NCBI RefSeq assembly: GCF_000446015.1
Contig: NC_022093.1
Span: 720,001-752,000, forward strand
DNA: 32,000 nucleotides
Source of the DNA: Thermofilum adornatum
GTDB lineage: Archaea > Thermoproteota > Thermoprotei > Thermofilales > Thermofilaceae
Reading direction: 5' to 3'
Made by a program: the position numbers and the translations under genes. Of this stretch, positions 15,148 through 24,441 are shown piece after piece. Under the pieces are notes generated by a model. The model searched no databases, was not told the DNA's origin, and saw only the letters and a list, made by a program, of their open reading frames with translations. Within the stretch, counting starts at the first letter, position 1. Each line of letters starts with the position of its first letter.

Positions 15148-15660
15148 TTAATGCATTGTTTCAAATGTTTTGAATATCTCTACGTGTTTTATGAGCTTCC
15201 TATATGTGTCTTTCAGTGCCTCTGGAATGACTTTTGTATCTGCAATTACAGGCATAAAGTTCGTGTCGCCGTTCCAGCGTGGCACGACATGTATGTGTAG
15301 GTGGCTTTCTAGACCGGCGCCAGCTACCCTGCCAAGGTTTACCCCAATGTTGAAACCGTCTGGCGAGAAGGCTCTCTTAATAACCTCGATCGACTGTACT
15401 AGGGCTTTTGAGAGTGCTAGAAGTTCCTCGTCGCTTAGCTGTGCAAAGTCGGCGACGTGTCTGTTTGGGGCTATTAAGAGATGGCCCGTGTTGTAGGGGA
15501 ACTTGTTCATCAGGATGATTACATGTTTGCCTTTATATAGGACGAGGTTTTCCTCGAGGTTATCGGATTTTGTAGCGTTACATATGAAGCATCCTTGTTC
15601 CTTGCCGACTTTCGCGTATTCAATGTACGCCATGCGCCAGGGAGCAAATAGCGTGTCCAT
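15148..15660 (-). CDS. HIT (histidine triad) family nucleotide hydrolase/transferase
   Basis: Histidine triad HLHIHVVPRW, plus KFPYNTGHLLIAPNRHV. I placed the start at the ATG at 15660 (MDTLFAPWRMAYIEY). A minus-strand AAAATTTTTATAG box lies about 30 nt upstream. Confidence 0.85.
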   Translation of the reverse strand: MDTLFAPWRMAYIEYAKVGKEQGCFICNATKSDNLEENLVLYKGKHVIILMNKFPYNTGHLLIAPNRHVADFAQLSDEELLALSKALVQSIEVIKRAFSPDGFNIGVNLGRVAGAGLESHLHIHVVPRWNGDTNFMPVIADTKVIPEALKDTYRKLIKHVEIFKTFETMH

Positions 15661-15693
15661 ACGTATTACTTGGGTAGACAATCTATAAAAATT

Positions 15694-17160
15694 TTAGAGC
15701 ATCTTGTCTACTTCTGTCCCAAAGATGGATGACTGGAGTCTCCTAGCCTCAGCCACTATTTCCTCACTGTTTTTCTCCCCCAGTATGCCGGCCACCTTTT
15801 CTGCAAACAATTTATACTTCTCGGCTAGGCTACGTGGAAGAATTTCATATTCGACAAGCTCTTGGAATTCTTCTTGATCAGTGACTTGTACGCCTTCCAT
15901 AGGCGAATACGTAACGTCCATTGCTAGGTCAACGTATTTCAGGCCTGGGGGCTGGAATGCAAAGAAAACAGGAGTGTTGAGGTTCACATATATTCCCTTT
16001 AGCTCCCCCGTGGGGGAATAATAGAAGTGGATAATAGTGCGAGCAAAGAGCCAGGTATAGGATACTATCTGGTCTCCCTCCTCGCGGCGGATATTCTTGA
16101 ACCCGTCATAAGTCCCCTGGGAAGAGCTCTGGCGTCTCAACTGGACATATCCAGGGCTCCGAATCTCTGCAACCGCGCTCCACACGTGTCCCTGCCCTGT
16201 CAGTTTTTTATGGAAGATGCTTACCCTAGAGCCGTGGAGCTTAGCGAATTCTTCCATAATAGCCTCTAGGACTTTTTCGCGGGAAAAACAGCGGCCGCTC
16301 AGGACATTCTTCTCAGCGAAGTCTATCTTATGGCTCAACTCCTCTATGCCTAGGCTCTTCAACAAGTGGTGGAAAGGAATAGTAGTGAAGTAACGTTCAC
16401 GAATGGTGTCAAACTTTAAAGCGGTGTCTGGAGGTATCTCGACGAGTGCTAGGGATTCTCCAACCATTACAGGTCCGATGCTTTGGGGCTTGAACACGTT
16501 GAGAAATTCTGTGGCCTTTTTCAGGAGTTCTTTGATTTCCCTCCCAACATCCAGTATATTCGCGTTCTTGGCGGCGCTCCTAAAATGTACACCCCAGCCC
16601 TGTGGAACCTCGTTCATGGCTAGGGTCAGTAGCTGTAATCTAAGCTCTGCATCCCTTATGTGCTCGCTTGTGTTGTGTCTCTCAAATTGTATGAGTCTCA
16701 CGTATCGGCCAGTCAACGCCGCGCCCTCCTTGAGTAGAGGTGCTTCCGGCGAAGCCCTGGTCACGTGTGCTAATAGGAGATCCCCCTCAGAGTGGCTGTT
16801 GCGAAGTTTTACTGTACAGAACCTGCCAGGCATGTACTCTGCAAGCCAGATGTCCCCGTCTACCCTCTCAACTAGTCTGACGACATACATGGAGTATGGA
16901 CCCACAGGCACATAGCCAACAATAAGGTCAGGGATTATACTTCTCAACAGGAATACAACCTTCGCCAAAAGCTCCGGGTCGCCCAGGATTATGAGCCCAG
17001 ACCTGTCGTCCTGGTCCTTGATCGTCAATAGTACCTCGCTATGTTTCTTTAGCGCCGGAAACCTCTCCTGTATATCTATACTTACATCTGCAAATCTGTA
17101 GCCAGCCTCGTCGAGCAGACCTGTAACTGCAGTAGCATAAATACCTCTAACTCTTATCAA
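15694..17160 (-). CDS. fau-1: FAU-1 / RNase E/G-like RNA-binding protein (C-terminal DUF402-type domain)
   Basis: The N-terminus MIRVRGIYATAVTGLLDEAGY matches the FAU-1 signature (..RIRGIYATALTKLL). The protein is 488 aa with a TTG start. It ends 4 nt from the upstream Rpp21 gene on the same strand. Confidence 0.75.
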   Translation of the reverse strand: MIRVRGIYATAVTGLLDEAGYRFADVSIDIQERFPALKKHSEVLLTIKDQDDRSGLIILGDPELLAKVVFLLRSIIPDLIVGYVPVGPYSMYVVRLVERVDGDIWLAEYMPGRFCTVKLRNSHSEGDLLLAHVTRASPEAPLLKEGAALTGRYVRLIQFERHNTSEHIRDAELRLQLLTLAMNEVPQGWGVHFRSAAKNANILDVGREIKELLKKATEFLNVFKPQSIGPVMVGESLALVEIPPDTALKFDTIRERYFTTIPFHHLLKSLGIEELSHKIDFAEKNVLSGRCFSREKVLEAIMEEFAKLHGSRVSIFHKKLTGQGHVWSAVAEIRSPGYVQLRRQSSSQGTYDGFKNIRREEGDQIVSYTWLFARTIIHFYYSPTGELKGIYVNLNTPVFFAFQPPGLKYVDLAMDVTYSPMEGVQVTDQEEFQELVEYEILPRSLAEKYKLFAEKVAGILGEKNSEEIVAEARRLQSSIFGTEVDKML

Positions 17161-17163
17161 CTA

Positions 17164-17529
17164 TTAGTCACCTCTGTCACCATAAAAGATGTGCCACGGC
17201 TTGGGAAGCACGTCTTTCCATTTGAGGGGGTATCTCCTCACGTAGCCGCACCTCAGGCATGTAACGGCAATGTATTTCATTTTTCCGCGGTTTTTAACTC
17301 TAACCCGCATTGTTTCTCCGGGGACAAGGAAGCTCCCGCATTTACGGCAAACTTGGGCTTTCAATGTGTCTGGGTATGGTATCTGTGCCTTCTTGCATAT
17401 GGCCATTGCTATTTTTCCATAGCGGTGTGCCAGCTCGGGCTCGGTCGGGTAGACCATTTCTGCAAATCTGAGTAGCCGTTCGATTCTTTGACGTGCCAAA
17501 TCCTTTATTTCGTGCCTCTTTCTATACAT
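17164..17529 (-). CDS. rnp4: RNase P protein component 4 (Rpp21/Rpr2)
   Basis: An N-terminal helical pair (ARQRIERLLRFAEMV...AHRYGKIAMAICKK) is followed by the zinc ribbon CRKCGSFLVPG...VTCLRCGYVRRYPL. Confidence 0.85.
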   Translation of the reverse strand: MYRKRHEIKDLARQRIERLLRFAEMVYPTEPELAHRYGKIAMAICKKAQIPYPDTLKAQVCRKCGSFLVPGETMRVRVKNRGKMKYIAVTCLRCGYVRRYPLKWKDVLPKPWHIFYGDRGD

Positions 17530-17544
17530 TACGGAGTGAGATAT

Positions 17545-18231
17545 ATGGACAGACTGTTATTAATATTAGCCGACGCTGGGCTAGAACTTGTTCCTCCTGA
17601 GATCAGCAGACATCCAGCTGTAGTCAATAATGCGAAGAGGAGGGGTAAGAAGCCAAAGGAAGTACTCCTAGATGTCTCGCTACACTATACAGCGATGAAG
17701 GCGCTCAAGGACAGGTGGAAAAGAGGAAGACCCGACATTGTCCACGTGTCCCTGCTTATAGCACAAGACTCCTTGCTGAATAAGCTCGGCCGGCTGGAAA
17801 CGTATATACATACATATCAGGGAAAAGTCATAGAGATTTCTCCAGAAATGGTTGTGCCGAGAAACTATATAAGGTTCGTGGGGCTAGCCGAACAATTGCT
17901 CCTAGTTGGAAGAGTGCCTCCTGATACTGAAAAGCCTTTAGCTTATATCCATGGGAAAGCTCTGCGCGACCTCATCAAGGAGAAAGGGGTCTCCAAGACC
18001 TTTAGACTTGACGACAAAGCCGTAGCAGTTAAGCCCAGAAGTCTGGCAAAGATGATCGTAGAGGAGAAGTACCCGGCATTAATAATTGGTGCATTCCAGC
18101 ATGGAGACTTTAGCGAAGAGGTGGAAAGCGTCGAAGCTGAGGTATACTCTATTTTTGATGAGCCCCTACCAGCTTGGAGTGTTTTGTCGCATGTCCTAGC
18201 ACTAGTCACAGACGAGCTTGGGGTGCCATAG
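17545..18231 (+). CDS. nep1: rRNA small-subunit pseudouridine methyltransferase Nep1 (Emg1, SPOUT)
   Basis: MDRLLLILADAGLELVPPEI, LLDVSLHYTAMKAL and RGRPDIVHVSLL are Nep1 motifs. I moved the start to the ATG at 17545. The longer ORF from 17488 would overlap the divergent rnp4 gene. Confidence 0.85.
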   Translation: MDRLLLILADAGLELVPPEISRHPAVVNNAKRRGKKPKEVLLDVSLHYTAMKALKDRWKRGRPDIVHVSLLIAQDSLLNKLGRLETYIHTYQGKVIEISPEMVVPRNYIRFVGLAEQLLLVGRVPPDTEKPLAYIHGKALRDLIKEKGVSKTFRLDDKAVAVKPRSLAKMIVEEKYPALIIGAFQHGDFSEEVESVEAEVYSIFDEPLPAWSVLSHVLALVTDELGVP

Positions 18232-19290
18232 TTGAGGGTCTTAAACATAGACGAGGAAAGGGGGGAAATAGAGGTAGTTGTTGAGGTACTAGAGGACCTA
18301 TATTTTCTCCACATGCTCCTCCAGAGGGGAGACACAGTCTATGGCTGGACCACTAGGCAGATGAAGGTCTCGAGGGGTGGAGGCGAAGAGAAGGGCGACA
18401 GGGTTCCAGTGTACATGGGTATAGAGGTCGAGAAAATTTCCTATGCAAAGTTCTCCGAGAAGCTACGTGTAACAGGCAAGGTCGTAGAGGCTCCGGAGGA
18501 TTTTCACGCGAAGGGTAGCTACCACACGATACAGGTAGGAATCGGCGACAAGCTGAGAATAATAAAGAAGAACGGCATAGATAGCTTTACCAGAAACGTG
18601 CTGGAAAGATCCACGTCAAGTATCATGCGGGTATTGCTCGTTGCAGTGGGAGATGAAGAGATAGCAGTAGGTCTTTTGTCTCCAGTGGGAATCGAGATAA
18701 AATCCACTATTCCTTACACGCCCAAGGGAGAGGGGAAAGAATCAAGCATAGAGGCACGCTACAAGGATCCAATTAAACAGATACTTGCCAGAGTAGTTTC
18801 GGTTGCGAAGACGGAAAAAATAGATGAAATAGTTGTAGCGGTTAACGAGAAGCTTTCGGCAGTAACGCAGAAAATACTTGACGAGCTAGGAGTCAAAGCT
18901 AAAATAGTTAAGGTAGCCGAGGGAGGAGAGTCAGGCATACATGAGATCCTCAGGAGAAGCGATCTAAGAGAAATGTTTAGAAGCATACGAGTAACTGCAG
19001 AAATAACAGAGCTTGAAAAGCTACTAGAGGAACTGTTCACGGGAAGCGAGAAAGTCGCCACGGGTTTAGCTCAGGTAGCTAGCGCTGCAGAATGGGGACT
19101 CGTAGAAAAAGTAATTGTAAACGACGAGCTGCTCTTCGGTGAGACACGCGACCAACTAATCGAAATGTTAGACAAGATATTTACCCGCAACGGAAAAGTA
19201 ATAATTATACCAGAAGAAAGCGAAGCCGGTAAAAAACTCAAAAGCCTCGGTGGAATAATTGCAAAACTCTACTATGCTCCAACAACCTAA
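18232..19290 (+). CDS. pelA: Pelota (Dom34 homologue), mRNA surveillance factor
   Basis: MRVLNIDEERGEIEVVVEVLEDLYFLHMLLQRGDTVYGWTTR is a typical Pelota N-terminal domain. The protein is 352 aa. The TTG start directly abuts the nep1 stop codon. Confidence 0.85.
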   Translation: MRVLNIDEERGEIEVVVEVLEDLYFLHMLLQRGDTVYGWTTRQMKVSRGGGEEKGDRVPVYMGIEVEKISYAKFSEKLRVTGKVVEAPEDFHAKGSYHTIQVGIGDKLRIIKKNGIDSFTRNVLERSTSSIMRVLLVAVGDEEIAVGLLSPVGIEIKSTIPYTPKGEGKESSIEARYKDPIKQILARVVSVAKTEKIDEIVVAVNEKLSAVTQKILDELGVKAKIVKVAEGGESGIHEILRRSDLREMFRSIRVTAEITELEKLLEELFTGSEKVATGLAQVASAAEWGLVEKVIVNDELLFGETRDQLIEMLDKIFTRNGKVIIIPEESEAGKKLKSLGGIIAKLYYAPTT

Positions 19291-19325
19291 CACTCATCCA
19301 CAACGTTTGAGACAATTATACCATG

Positions 19326-20324
19326 TTATTTGGGCTGGAGCTTGTAGATGAAGCTTGTGAGACCGCCCTCGTATATCCTCCATGTCCCAGTAGTGTCGAA
19401 GCCCATGTTTCTGCTTATTTCCTCTACAAGCCTCCTATGTGTCGTCAAGACGACAAGTTTCCCATCCTCCTCCAGGTTATGTCTAGCAAGTCGGAACAAT
19501 GCCTCATAGCTCCTCTTTAACCCGCCGACAGCCTTTTCCCTTATACCGAAGGGGGGATTTGTTACTATAGCGTCGACCGTGAAGTTTCTAACAGGTGCAT
19601 GTCCGATGTCACAGGTGAAAAGTAGGAGAGTCTTGTTAATGCTTCTCGAGTTCTCTAAAGCTCCCCGAATAAAATCACTGTTAACGTCGCTACACAGAGC
19701 CTTTAGACCTGGGTCTACTGAGAGGCATTCGAGTGGTATTGTGCCGGAGCCACAGAAGGGGTCCCATAATTTCTCCCTTGGCGAGGCGATCCTACACATT
19801 GCATATGCGAGTACCGGGTTCAGTGCCGAGCGGTGTATATATCTACGGTAGGGCCTGTCTCTCAGGTTACCAGCGTGTGTCAGGTATACGCCGTACCTGT
19901 ACCTGCCGGCCTCGTATTCAACGTAGAGGATTATGTCTGGGAAGTCCAGTGACACCTCTAGCCCTGTTTTTTCCTGTATGATTCTCCCAATCTTGGAGGC
20001 TATCTCTAGCGAAGTTGTTTCAATGTCCTTGGTTATTCTCTCGGCGCGAACTGAGAAGTACCTGTGCCATGCAATGAGCTCTTTGGCGTGCAAGGCCAGT
20101 TCCTCGCCTACCTCCTCGAGTCTATCAGCTTCGCCTAGGAGAAGGTACACGTTCTCTGCAGAGTGTATCCTAGTAATTATCTGTGCCAGGCAGTTCTCGG
20201 GTAGCTCAGCTGTTACTCTGCCCGAAGAGGAGGCTACATATGAATGGGCTTCTGGGCATAGCTCCCCGATTTCCTGTACTGCTATGTTCTCTATGCCTGG
20301 AACTGTTGTTACAAGTATTTTCAA
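19326..20324 (-). CDS. THUMP-domain tRNA guanine-N2 methyltransferase (Trm11/Trm14-like)
   Basis: The N-terminal half is THUMP-like (MKILVTTVPGIENIAVQEI...). SAM-methyltransferase motifs are DPFCGSGTIPLE (motif I) and IVTNPPFG (motif IV). The TTG start overlaps the stop of the upstream ORF (TTGA). Confidence 0.75.
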   Translation of the reverse strand: MKILVTTVPGIENIAVQEIGELCPEAHSYVASSSGRVTAELPENCLAQIITRIHSAENVYLLLGEADRLEEVGEELALHAKELIAWHRYFSVRAERITKDIETTSLEIASKIGRIIQEKTGLEVSLDFPDIILYVEYEAGRYRYGVYLTHAGNLRDRPYRRYIHRSALNPVLAYAMCRIASPREKLWDPFCGSGTIPLECLSVDPGLKALCSDVNSDFIRGALENSRSINKTLLLFTCDIGHAPVRNFTVDAIVTNPPFGIREKAVGGLKRSYEALFRLARHNLEEDGKLVVLTTHRRLVEEISRNMGFDTTGTWRIYEGGLTSFIYKLQPK

Positions 20325-20695
20325 GCCTCTTTCACCGCGTCCACAAAGACCTTGAAGAAGTATCTCCTTGCAAGAAGGAGCGCTCTCTCTCTGTCCAGTT
20401 TATTGAAGGTGTTTAACAAAGCGAGCGCAAAGTAGCCGGCGAGTAAACGGTAGACAATGTTGTCCAGTGTGCCAGGGGCAATAAAGATAGAGTCTGAGAC
20501 AATGTCTACATATATTCCGTCATCGACTCTAAGCTTTTCTCTGGCGAGTTCGTCATTCCCGATCACTACTACGGCGTGTATTCTCGGGGACTCGAGTCCC
20601 TCCCTCAAAGAGATCTGCTCGGCTTGTCTCAGGGCCCTAGAGAGTACCTTTTCTATGTTTGTCATTAGGCCGTGTCTAATAAGAGAAAAATCCAC
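20321..20695 (-). CDS. hypothetical protein, 124 aa
   Basis: The ORF has an ATG start, and its stop overlaps the methyltransferase start (TTGA), suggesting co-translation. No motif was recognised. Confidence 0.5.
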   Translation of the reverse strand: MDFSLIRHGLMTNIEKVLSRALRQAEQISLREGLESPRIHAVVVIGNDELAREKLRVDDGIYVDIVSDSIFIAPGTLDNIVYRLLAGYFALALLNTFNKLDRERALLLARRYFFKVFVDAVKEA

Positions 20696-20716
20696 TATAT
20701 TATAAATTAAGCGTGT

Positions 20717-21073
20717 CTATGTGGCGACAGCCATTTTTTCAAGTATAAGGTTCAAGTCGTCAAGGCTCCTGAGTACGACCTTGTCATAGTTTTTTGCGAG
20801 TACCCAGAGGGGTGTGTCCCTCCTGACGGCGTACTTAACGCCATGCTTTGTCTTCCCGAGAACCTCTAGGTAGCCTTTCTCTCTTAGCTTTTCTAAGACG
20901 TCCTTTACAAGGGTGAGTACAACGGGCTGTGTTTCGATGTTGGCGAGGACGGCTATTTTCTTGGCATTAAATGTCACTAGGCTACCCCGAGACTTTTTGA
21001 TCATGTCTAGTATTGTCTGAACCACTGTAACGCTAAACTCGTTATAGTTTCTATACAAGGGTACACGTATCAC
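20717..21073 (-). CDS. hypothetical small winged-helix-like protein, 118 aa
   Basis: GTG start. The segment KKIAVLANIETQPVVLTLVKDVLEKLREKGYLEVLGKTKHGVKYAV looks like helix-turn-helix plus a beta wing. It lies 21 nt upstream of the 124-aa ORF on the same strand. Confidence 0.45.
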   Translation of the reverse strand: MIRVPLYRNYNEFSVTVVQTILDMIKKSRGSLVTFNAKKIAVLANIETQPVVLTLVKDVLEKLREKGYLEVLGKTKHGVKYAVRRDTPLWVLAKNYDKVVLRSLDDLNLILEKMAVAT

Positions 21074-21214
21074 GAATAATTGTTGCAGGCAAGTATCTAT
21101 ACCACTTCCACTTACAAATGGGGCTTAAGATTAGCGTTAAACAAGCGTACTACGATTGGTTTTTCCTGTGGGGAGGGACACCTATAGGCTTATATTTTTC
21201 TGGGTGTATTATGA

Positions 21215-21469
21215 ATGGTATCTATGTCTAAAAAACCTTACCCTCAAAACGACGACCTAGTAAATGCGATCCTGAAGGTTCTAAGCAAGGCATACACGAT
21301 GACGCCGGACGAGTTTCCAGAGGCAGTAAAAAAGCAACTCGAAGAAGAGGGCTTTTACACGGGCCTGGTAACCACGAAGAGGATCTGGCAACTCTATGAG
21401 AAGCTCGTAAGGAACGGGCAGGCAGTTGATGTATTTGGGGTAGTTCAGGACCTGGGTCAGAGAGAGTAG
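21215..21469 (+). CDS. hypothetical small protein (81-84 aa)
   Basis: The ORF is divergent from the 118-aa gene. TTATATTTTT (21190-21199) is centred about 30 nt upstream of the second in-frame ATG (21224, MSKKPYPQ...), which may be the true start. Confidence 0.4.
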   Translation: MVSMSKKPYPQNDDLVNAILKVLSKAYTMTPDEFPEAVKKQLEEEGFYTGLVTTKRIWQLYEKLVRNGQAVDVFGVVQDLGQRE

Positions 21470-21513
21470 GGAGCCCGAAAACTTAATAATTCTTTATAAA
21501 TGTCTCTGCACTG

Positions 21514-24441
21514 GTGTCAATTATTGCTAGCAAGAGAATGGAGTTTCCAGAGGTAAACAAGGAGAGAAGGGATTTTCTGAAGTCGATAGAGGAGAAATGG
21601 CAGAAATTCTGGGAGCAAAACCGCGTCTTTGAGGCTGACCCAGATCCCTCAAGGCAAAAGTTCTTCGTGACATTCCCATACCCATACATAAACGCTTATC
21701 CCCATCTAGGCACGGGCTACACAGTCCTTAGGGTAGACATACTTGCCAGGTTCAAGAGGTTGCAGGGCTACAACGTGTTGTTCCCTCAGGGCTGGCACGC
21801 GACGGGTGGCCCAATAGTAGCGGCAGCGCTGAGGGTCAGGGAGGGAGACCCAAAACAGATAAACATTTTGAGGTCTCTAGGCATCCCTGAAGAGGAGATA
21901 CCCAAGTTTAGGGATCCAGAGTATTGGGTCTACTTCTTCAAGAAGGAGTTCCGGAGAGACTTCCAGAGACTAGGCCTCAGCATTGACTGGAGACGCGAGT
22001 TCTTCACGACGAGGCTGAACCCGCCCTACAACAAGTTCATACAGTGGCAGTACACAGTTCTCAGGGAGAAGGGGCTCATAGCTAAGGGTAAACATCCCGT
22101 TGTGTGGTGTCCCAAGGAGCAGAAAGTTGTAGGAGACCACGACAGGCCCGATGAGTATGCAGGCATAGGGCCAACGGAAGTCGTGGTGATAAAGTTCAGA
22201 GGGGAAGACGGCTACGTATATCCGTGTCTCACCTACAGGCCTGAAACGGTTTTTGGTGCAGTTAACATCTGGGTTAACCCAGACGCGGAATACCTAATCG
22301 CAGAAGTCGATGGCGAGAAGTGGATTGTGGGCGAATATGGTGCAAGGGAGCTTGCCGACCAAGACCATAAAGTAAATGTTGTCGGAAGGATAAAGGGCGC
22401 CCAGCTCGTAGGTCACTTTGCGGTGAATCCAGTCACGGGGTGGAGGGTTCCAGTTCTCCCCGCGTTCTTTGTTGACGCCGACTTTGGTACTGGCGTCGTA
22501 ATGTCTGTGCCGGCCCACGCGCCCTACGACTATGTCGGGCTGGAAGACCTCAAGGGGGATCCATACCTCCTCGAAAAGTATAACCTCGACCCCTCCATAA
22601 TTGACGCTGTACAGCCAGTGAAGCTGATAGAAGTAGAAGACTATAAGGGTCTGCCGGCACAGGAAGCAGTCCAAGCCTTCAACGCGAAGACCCAGAGAGA
22701 CATAGAGGCATTGGAGAAGGCGACAAAGGACGTTTATAGCAAGGAGTTCTACAAGGGCGTCCTTAAGCCGGAGATTTATGGCGCGAAGTGGGGAGGCAGA
22801 AAAGTCTATGAGGTAAAGGAAGAGATAATAAACTACCTGTCAGAGAAGGGCGTAGCTTTTAGACACTACACCCTGAGTAGTCCTGTCTATTGTAGGTGCG
22901 GGGCCAAGACGCATGTAAAACTTGTGAAGGATCAGTGGTTCCTTCGGTACAGTGACAAAGAGTGGAAGCAGAAGGCCCACGAGTGTATAGATCAGATGCG
23001 TTTTGTCCCCGAGGAGATCAGGCAGGAGTTTCACAGGCTTGTTGACTGGTACGAGGACTGGGCGTGTACACATGAGAGGGAGCTCGGCACGCCGTTGCCC
23101 TGGGATGAGAGGTGGGTTCTCGAGTCCCTTAGCGACTCGACAATATACATGGCCTACTATACAATAGCCAAGTACCTTCAGCACCCTGAAACGTATGGCA
23201 TAGACTGGGATAGGCTCGGTAACAGTTTCTTTGACTACGTTTTTCTTGGCAAAGGTGATCCGGAAAAGGTAAGCGCGGAGACAGGCATCTCTAGGGAGCT
23301 CCTAGAAAAAATCAGGCAGGAGTTCCTCTATTGGTACCCCGTCGACATGAGGGTTTCGGGCAAAGACCTCCTGGGCAACCACCTTGTCTTCTTCATTATG
23401 CATCACGTTGCAGTATTTCCAAGGGACAAGTGGCCGAGAGGCATAGGGATAAACGGCTGGGTTCTCGTAGCGGGCAAAAAGATGTCCAAGTCTCTTGGAA
23501 ACTATATACTCATAAGGGAAGCAATAGACTACTGGGGTGCGGACGCTACAAGGTTCGCTGAAGCATACGCCGGGAACTCCGGTCTTGACGACGCAAATTT
23601 CGAGCCAGAGATGGCGAGCAAGGCTGTGGATCTCCTCTATGAGTGGTACAAATTCGCAACCGAGAACTACGGCAAGGGAGACAATGATTACAGGTTCATA
23701 GACAAGTGGTTTGAAAGTGTCATAAACGAGACAGTCCTCAAGGTTGCAAGGGAATACGAACAAATAAACACAAAAAATGTCCTCGTCGAGGGCTTCTTTA
23801 ACCTCCAAAACAGCTACAAGTGGTACATTAGGCGCAGGGGCGCCCCCAACAGGAGCCTACTCAAGAGATTCATCGAGACCCAGACACTTATCCTAGCTCC
23901 GATAACCCCACACATAGCGGAGGAGATTTGGCAGGCAATAGGCAAACAGACATCCATATCCAAGGCCCAGTGGCCAAAAGTAACAGACCAAGACATAGAC
24001 AAGCATGTTCAGAAAGCAGAGGCAGTAGTAGTAAAGCTCCTGGAAGACCTTGAAGAAGTAATCAGACTTAAAAAGAACAAGCCAAAAAGAGTAACGATAG
24101 TTCTCCCAGCTCCATGGAAATACGAGTTCCTAGATAAAGTGAACCAGGCATACAGGACAACAGGAAAGCTATCAGAAGCCATACAGCAAGCAACAAAAAC
24201 ACTAACCCCTGAACAGAGAACAAAAATAGGAAAAATAATACCAATTATACACAAAAACCCAGAAATCCTCGACCTTGCAACAAACCAGCAACTAGAAGCA
24301 CAAGCACTGACAGACGCACTCCCCCTCATACAACAAACACTTGGTACAGAGATTGTCATAGCTACAGAAGAACAACTACAAAATAATCCCAAGGCAACCA
24401 CATCCCTGCCCGCAAGGCCAGCAATAATACTAGAAGAATGA
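21514..24441 (+). CDS. leuS: leucyl-tRNA synthetase (archaeal type)
   Basis: HIGH region FPYPYINAYPHLGTGYT, KMSKS loop GKKMSKSLGN, a large CP1 editing insertion, and a C-terminus ending PARPAIILEE. The start is either the GTG at 21514 or the ATG at 21538 and is not resolved. Confidence 0.92.
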   Translation: MSIIASKRMEFPEVNKERRDFLKSIEEKWQKFWEQNRVFEADPDPSRQKFFVTFPYPYINAYPHLGTGYTVLRVDILARFKRLQGYNVLFPQGWHATGGPIVAAALRVREGDPKQINILRSLGIPEEEIPKFRDPEYWVYFFKKEFRRDFQRLGLSIDWRREFFTTRLNPPYNKFIQWQYTVLREKGLIAKGKHPVVWCPKEQKVVGDHDRPDEYAGIGPTEVVVIKFRGEDGYVYPCLTYRPETVFGAVNIWVNPDAEYLIAEVDGEKWIVGEYGARELADQDHKVNVVGRIKGAQLVGHFAVNPVTGWRVPVLPAFFVDADFGTGVVMSVPAHAPYDYVGLEDLKGDPYLLEKYNLDPSIIDAVQPVKLIEVEDYKGLPAQEAVQAFNAKTQRDIEALEKATKDVYSKEFYKGVLKPEIYGAKWGGRKVYEVKEEIINYLSEKGVAFRHYTLSSPVYCRCGAKTHVKLVKDQWFLRYSDKEWKQKAHECIDQMRFVPEEIRQEFHRLVDWYEDWACTHERELGTPLPWDERWVLESLSDSTIYMAYYTIAKYLQHPETYGIDWDRLGNSFFDYVFLGKGDPEKVSAETGISRELLEKIRQEFLYWYPVDMRVSGKDLLGNHLVFFIMHHVAVFPRDKWPRGIGINGWVLVAGKKMSKSLGNYILIREAIDYWGADATRFAEAYAGNSGLDDANFEPEMASKAVDLLYEWYKFATENYGKGDNDYRFIDKWFESVINETVLKVAREYEQINTKNVLVEGFFNLQNSYKWYIRRRGAPNRSLLKRFIETQTLILAPITPHIAEEIWQAIGKQTSISKAQWPKVTDQDIDKHVQKAEAVVVKLLEDLEEVIRLKKNKPKRVTIVLPAPWKYEFLDKVNQAYRTTGKLSEAIQQATKTLTPEQRTKIGKIIPIIHKNPEILDLATNQQLEAQALTDALPLIQQTLGTEIVIATEEQLQNNPKATTSLPARPAIILEE

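Noticed and set aside
24100-24441. A strong A/C-rich, G-poor compositional skew at the 3' end of leuS, with similar A-rich tails at the trmJ 3' end.
   Set aside because: The skew is explained by the coding sequence for a Lys/Gln/Thr/Glu/Asn-rich C-terminal domain that stays in frame with leuS. There is no sign of a separate element.
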